DNA of 64,000 nt. Origin: Patescibacteria group bacterium (lineage in GTDB: Bacteria; Patescibacteriota; Minisyncoccia; Minisyncoccales; UBA10102). The stretch lies in NCBI GenBank assembly GCA_024239055.1, contig JANBVJ010000001.1:496572-560571 (forward strand), read 5' to 3'. Of this stretch, positions 60,931 to 64,000 are shown piece after piece. The notes beneath the pieces were generated by a model. It was not told the DNA's origin, ran no database searches, and worked only from the letters and a program-made list of their open reading frames with translations. Numbering within the stretch: position 1 is the first letter of the stretch; each line of letters starts with the position of its first letter. The translations under genes were made by a program, and so were the position numbers.

Positions 60931-63900
60931 ATGAAAAAGTATTGTTTATTTAGCTTTATATTTGTAGGTATACTTGTTCTTGGATTTGGAGTTCCTTATA
61001 TAGTTTCAGCAGTTACTACTTGTAATTTAGATCCTGGTCATCCTGATGGATCTACCTGCACTGTGGATATTTTATATGAGGATCCAAAACCAGAAATTAA
61101 TTCAGGACTGAAGGTTTGCGAATACCAGGTGGTATTAAAGGATAGTGCCACTAGTGATAATTGGCAGTCTGCAGGTGCTTGTAGTGGAAAAGATCCCGTA
61201 ACTATATCTGTAAATATTGATATTTCTACTAATAATCCAGAAATTAGTGAATCTGGAATATATCGTATTTGGAAAAGAGCTACTGATGAAGCAAATAATA
61301 CAAGTACCCCACTTTATACTGGAGTATCGTTTCTTGCAGATTTAGAGAAGCCTTTAGTGAGTGCTGATAATTCAAGCAGTTCTTGGATTAATGAGAGCGT
61401 AACTATAACATTAAGTACGAGTGATACAGGAGGATCTGGGTGGAAAGAAGCTAGATATAGCTGGGATGATAATGCTATGAATGCTTTTTGCACATCTGGC
61501 GGGACTAAGTTTAATAATAATAAGAAATTGTCTGCGGATGAAGGCTCTCATGTTTTATATCTTTGTGCTAGAGATGCCGCAGGGAATACTAATACATGGA
61601 ATGGTGAATATAAGGTAGATTCAGAAAAACCGGAGATTACGGTATTTAATGCTGAACCAACTCTACTTTCTCTTTCAAATCTTACAACGATCATCAGTTA
61701 CACAGTATCTGATCCAACTCCAGGTTCTGGTTTAAATAGAGTAGAGCTCTGGAAAAAAAGAGCAGAAGATAATTGGCCTAGTTCTACTAAGGAAGATTTT
61801 AAACAGTCAGTTTCAGGGAATATAGATTCAGGAAGTTTTCAAGATACCTTTTTACCTGGAGCTGATGGAATCTATAATTATGGTATTCATGTAATAGATA
61901 ACGTAGATAATAGATGTACTGAAAGTGATAACCCATGCGGGAAGCTTGTTTCTGTTCTTACGGTAGAAGTAAAAACCCTTCCAGATGCACCTTATAACTT
62001 ACATGCTTCAGGTGAAGGACCAGCTGTTATTGATCTGAATTGGACTAAGGGAGATGGTGCAGGTAGGACAATAATACGAAGAAAGACTGGAGGTTTTCCA
62101 ACTTCTATAACAGAGGGAAATGAAGCATATAATGGAACGGGCAGTAGTGTTATTGATACGGGTTTGACTGAGAGTACAACATATTATTACCGCGCATGGT
62201 CTGTGAAATCCGTAGTGGGGTATGGAGATTTGCAGTCTTCTTCATATGATGAAGTTATTGAGAGCACAACCATTTCAAACTCTCCTCCCTCCATTTCTTC
62301 TGTCTCAGATGCTCCAGATCCAATCAGAGCAGATGTATCTCTCACTTTTAATGTTAACTGGTCAGATCCTAATGGAGATTCAGTGAAACTCTTTATTTGT
62401 AAGTCAGCTAATGGAGTTACGGGTGGAAATTGTCAGGGTAGTTCAAATACCTGGTGTAAGGATGCTTCAGCCACCAGTACTTCTCCTGCTTTCTGTTCAT
62501 ATATAACTAACTCTGGGGATGCAGGGACTAAGAATTATTACGCGTATGTATGTGATGGTAGCGCATGTTCTTCTCCTTCATCTGGCTCATTTTTAGTAGA
62601 TGCAATACTTCCTACTATTTCTTTCTTTGATGTTACACCTATTCCTCCAGAATGGATTAGTAGTATTAGCGAAGACGTTACTATATCGTGGACGGTTGGC
62701 GATTCAGGAGGTTCTTTCTTAAAGGATGTACAGATTTGGCGAAGTGGAGATGGTGGAGGAAGTTGGGTCTTAGCTTCAACTGTTCCAGCTCCTTTGAGCT
62801 ACAACTCATGGGAGAGTTTTACTACAGATGCTCCAAGTAGTGGTACGTATCTATATGGTATTCATGTGTTAGATAATGCAGATAATGAGATTACGGAATC
62901 AGAAGCCGGCTTTACTCCTATTTCAATACAGGCAGATACAACGAATCCTACCGCTGCCATTACTAATCCCGGGGCTGGCACATGGTTTAAGGAGCCTGAT
63001 CCCGAGAAACCCGAGGAGTACTTGGTTGCAACCTTTGACGATTCTGATTTGGGTGGTTCGGGTCTTGTTAACACCTGTGAGTATAGATTCATTGGATTGA
63101 ATCCAAGCGGTTCGGACTTTACTTCTGGGGATTTAACCCGAGACTGCGATTTTGATACAAAAACCATTGAATTAGGAGTTGGTGAAGTATGTCAGTTTGA
63201 GGGGCAGAATCGGTGTAAGGTACAAACAAGAGCATTTGATAATGCAGGGAATACCTCTGGATGGCAGAGCAGAAGTTTTGGCGTAGATTTCACAGATCCC
63301 GAAATTACCAATATTCAACCCTCAGCCGTACAGGTTGGAGCTGTAACAACGGTAATCGCTGACCTTGTAGATCCTATTGGTCATATCACAGGGTGTACTT
63401 TATATGCATATCCCGTTGGTAGCAGTGAATGGATACCATATTCAACTACCATAGATCCTATTCCGTGTGAAAATGGAGGTGCGTGTACAGTTTCAGGAGA
63501 CTATATTTTTCCTGATATAGGGGAGTACGATGTGAAGTTTGCATGTATTGATCAGGCGGGAAATACAGGATGGGGAGCTTCAACAACGCAAGCTGATACC
63601 TTATCTGTTGTGGGTGTAGCTATTCCTTCTTCAGGAACACAACAAACTCAGTTTGATCTGGAAGCTACGGTTTCGGGCACTATTGCAGGCACAATAAATT
63701 ATAAGTTTGATTGTACTTCAGATGGTACTTGGGAGTTGGAAGTGGATGGAGAGGCGGCTTCTGTATATATTGCAGAGGATGTCTGCTCTTATTCGTCAGA
63801 AGATACATATATTGCCAAGGTATTGGCAGAACGGGGTATAGGGAGCGCAGAAGATACGGTATCAATTATTGTTTCTTCTAATGGTTTACCCTCCGCAATA

Positions 63901-64000
63901 AATCTGCAGGATAATAATGACACAGTAGACTACTGTCCAGTCGGCGCTCCTCCTATTATACTTTCGTGGGACTTTGACGACCCGAATCTTCCCGGAGATT
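60931..64000 (+). CDS. Giant surface protein, 3'-truncated by the window edge (absent from the ORF track)
   Basis: My by-eye translation from ATG 60931 meets no stop up to 64000 (at least 1023 codons). N-terminal signal/TM is MKKYCLFSFIFVGILVLGFGVPYIVSA. It has an FN3-like segment (PDAPYNLHASGEG...YYYRAWS) and repeated D-AGN motifs. An extended -10 TGGTATAAT sits at 60908-60916. Confidence 0.7.
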   Translation, partial: MKKYCLFSFIFVGILVLGFGVPYIVSAVTTCNLDPGHPDGSTCTVDILYEDPKPEINSGLKVCEYQVVLKDSATSDNWQSAGACSGKDPVTISVNIDISTNNPEISESGIYRIWKRATDEANNTSTPLYTGVSFLADLEKPLVSADNSSSSWINESVTITLSTSDTGGSGWKEARYSWDDNAMNAFCTSGGTKFNNNKKLSADEGSHVLYLCARDAAGNTNTWNGEYKVDSEKPEITVFNAEPTLLSLSNLTTIISYTVSDPTPGSGLNRVELWKKRAEDNWPSSTKEDFKQSVSGNIDSGSFQDTFLPGADGIYNYGIHVIDNVDNRCTESDNPCGKLVSVLTVEVKTLPDAPYNLHASGEGPAVIDLNWTKGDGAGRTIIRRKTGGFPTSITEGNEAYNGTGSSVIDTGLTESTTYYYRAWSVKSVVGYGDLQSSSYDEVIESTTISNSPPSISSVSDAPDPIRADVSLTFNVNWSDPNGDSVKLFICKSANGVTGGNCQGSSNTWCKDASATSTSPAFCSYITNSGDAGTKNYYAYVCDGSACSSPSSGSFLVDAILPTISFFDVTPIPPEWISSISEDVTISWTVGDSGGSFLKDVQIWRSGDGGGSWVLASTVPAPLSYNSWESFTTDAPSSGTYLYGIHVLDNADNEITESEAGFTPISIQADTTNPTAAITNPGAGTWFKEPDPEKPEEYLVATFDDSDLGGSGLVNTCEYRFIGLNPSGSDFTSGDLTRDCDFDTKTIELGVGEVCQFEGQNRCKVQTRAFDNAGNTSGWQSRSFGVDFTDPEITNIQPSAVQVGAVTTVIADLVDPIGHITGCTLYAYPVGSSEWIPYSTTIDPIPCENGGACTVSGDYIFPDIGEYDVKFACIDQAGNTGWGASTTQADTLSVVGVAIPSSGTQQTQFDLEATVSGTIAGTINYKFDCTSDGTWELEVDGEAASVYIAEDVCSYSSEDTYIAKVLAERGIGSAEDTVSIIVSSNGLPSAINLQDNNDTVDYCPVGAPPIILSWDFDDPNLPGD

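Noticed and set aside
62862-63865. Listed short ORFs 62862..63167 (-), 62876..63100 (+) and 63680..63865 (-)
   Set aside because: They lie inside the long open-ended plus-strand ORF that starts at 60931.

Overview
The window reads as a gene-dense bacterial chromosome segment of about 40% GC by eye, with features of a small-genome Patescibacteria/CPR-type organism (inference). These include a short IF-2, class II RNR, many tRNA genes, giant surface proteins and type IV pilus genes. I could support about 60 protein genes, 20 tRNA genes (anticodons read by eye) and no rRNA, CRISPR array, transposase or integrase. Main content: (1) T4P cluster 1 at 1.4-11.4 kb, with histidine kinase, receiver, PilB, PilC, four minor-pilin-like genes and PilMNO. 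(2) Housekeeping blocks: rny, infB, rbfA, nrdR-nrdJ, rplS, ftsH, rpsA, gyrA, valS, tsaD, recG. (3) At 30.2-34.1 kb, a giant surface protein whose C-terminus is homologous to two adjacent small VirB2/TrbC-like pilin-fold proteins. (4) At 43.6-45.4 kb, an AT-rich minus-strand module: a near-consensus promoter, a roughly 500-nt hairpin-dense non-coding leader, an XRE-HTH gene and an overlapping 324-aa reverse transcriptase (YVDD). This is my top candidate for an undescribed retron-like or defence-associated RT system. (5) T4P cluster 2 at 46.0-55.8 kb, with PilMNO, PilB, a truncated receiver fragment, PilT, PilC, three tandem pilin paralogs and PilD. (6) Two more giant surface proteins: one carries exact 48-bp Cys-rich coding repeats, and the other (60931 to the window end) is missing from the ORF track because it has no stop. 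Other notable items are a tRNA-Ile with a UAU anticodon whose 5' end overlaps the ftsH stop, three higher-GC orphan genes, and a frameshifted toxin-antitoxin remnant. All homology calls rest on motif recognition by eye, with no searches run.
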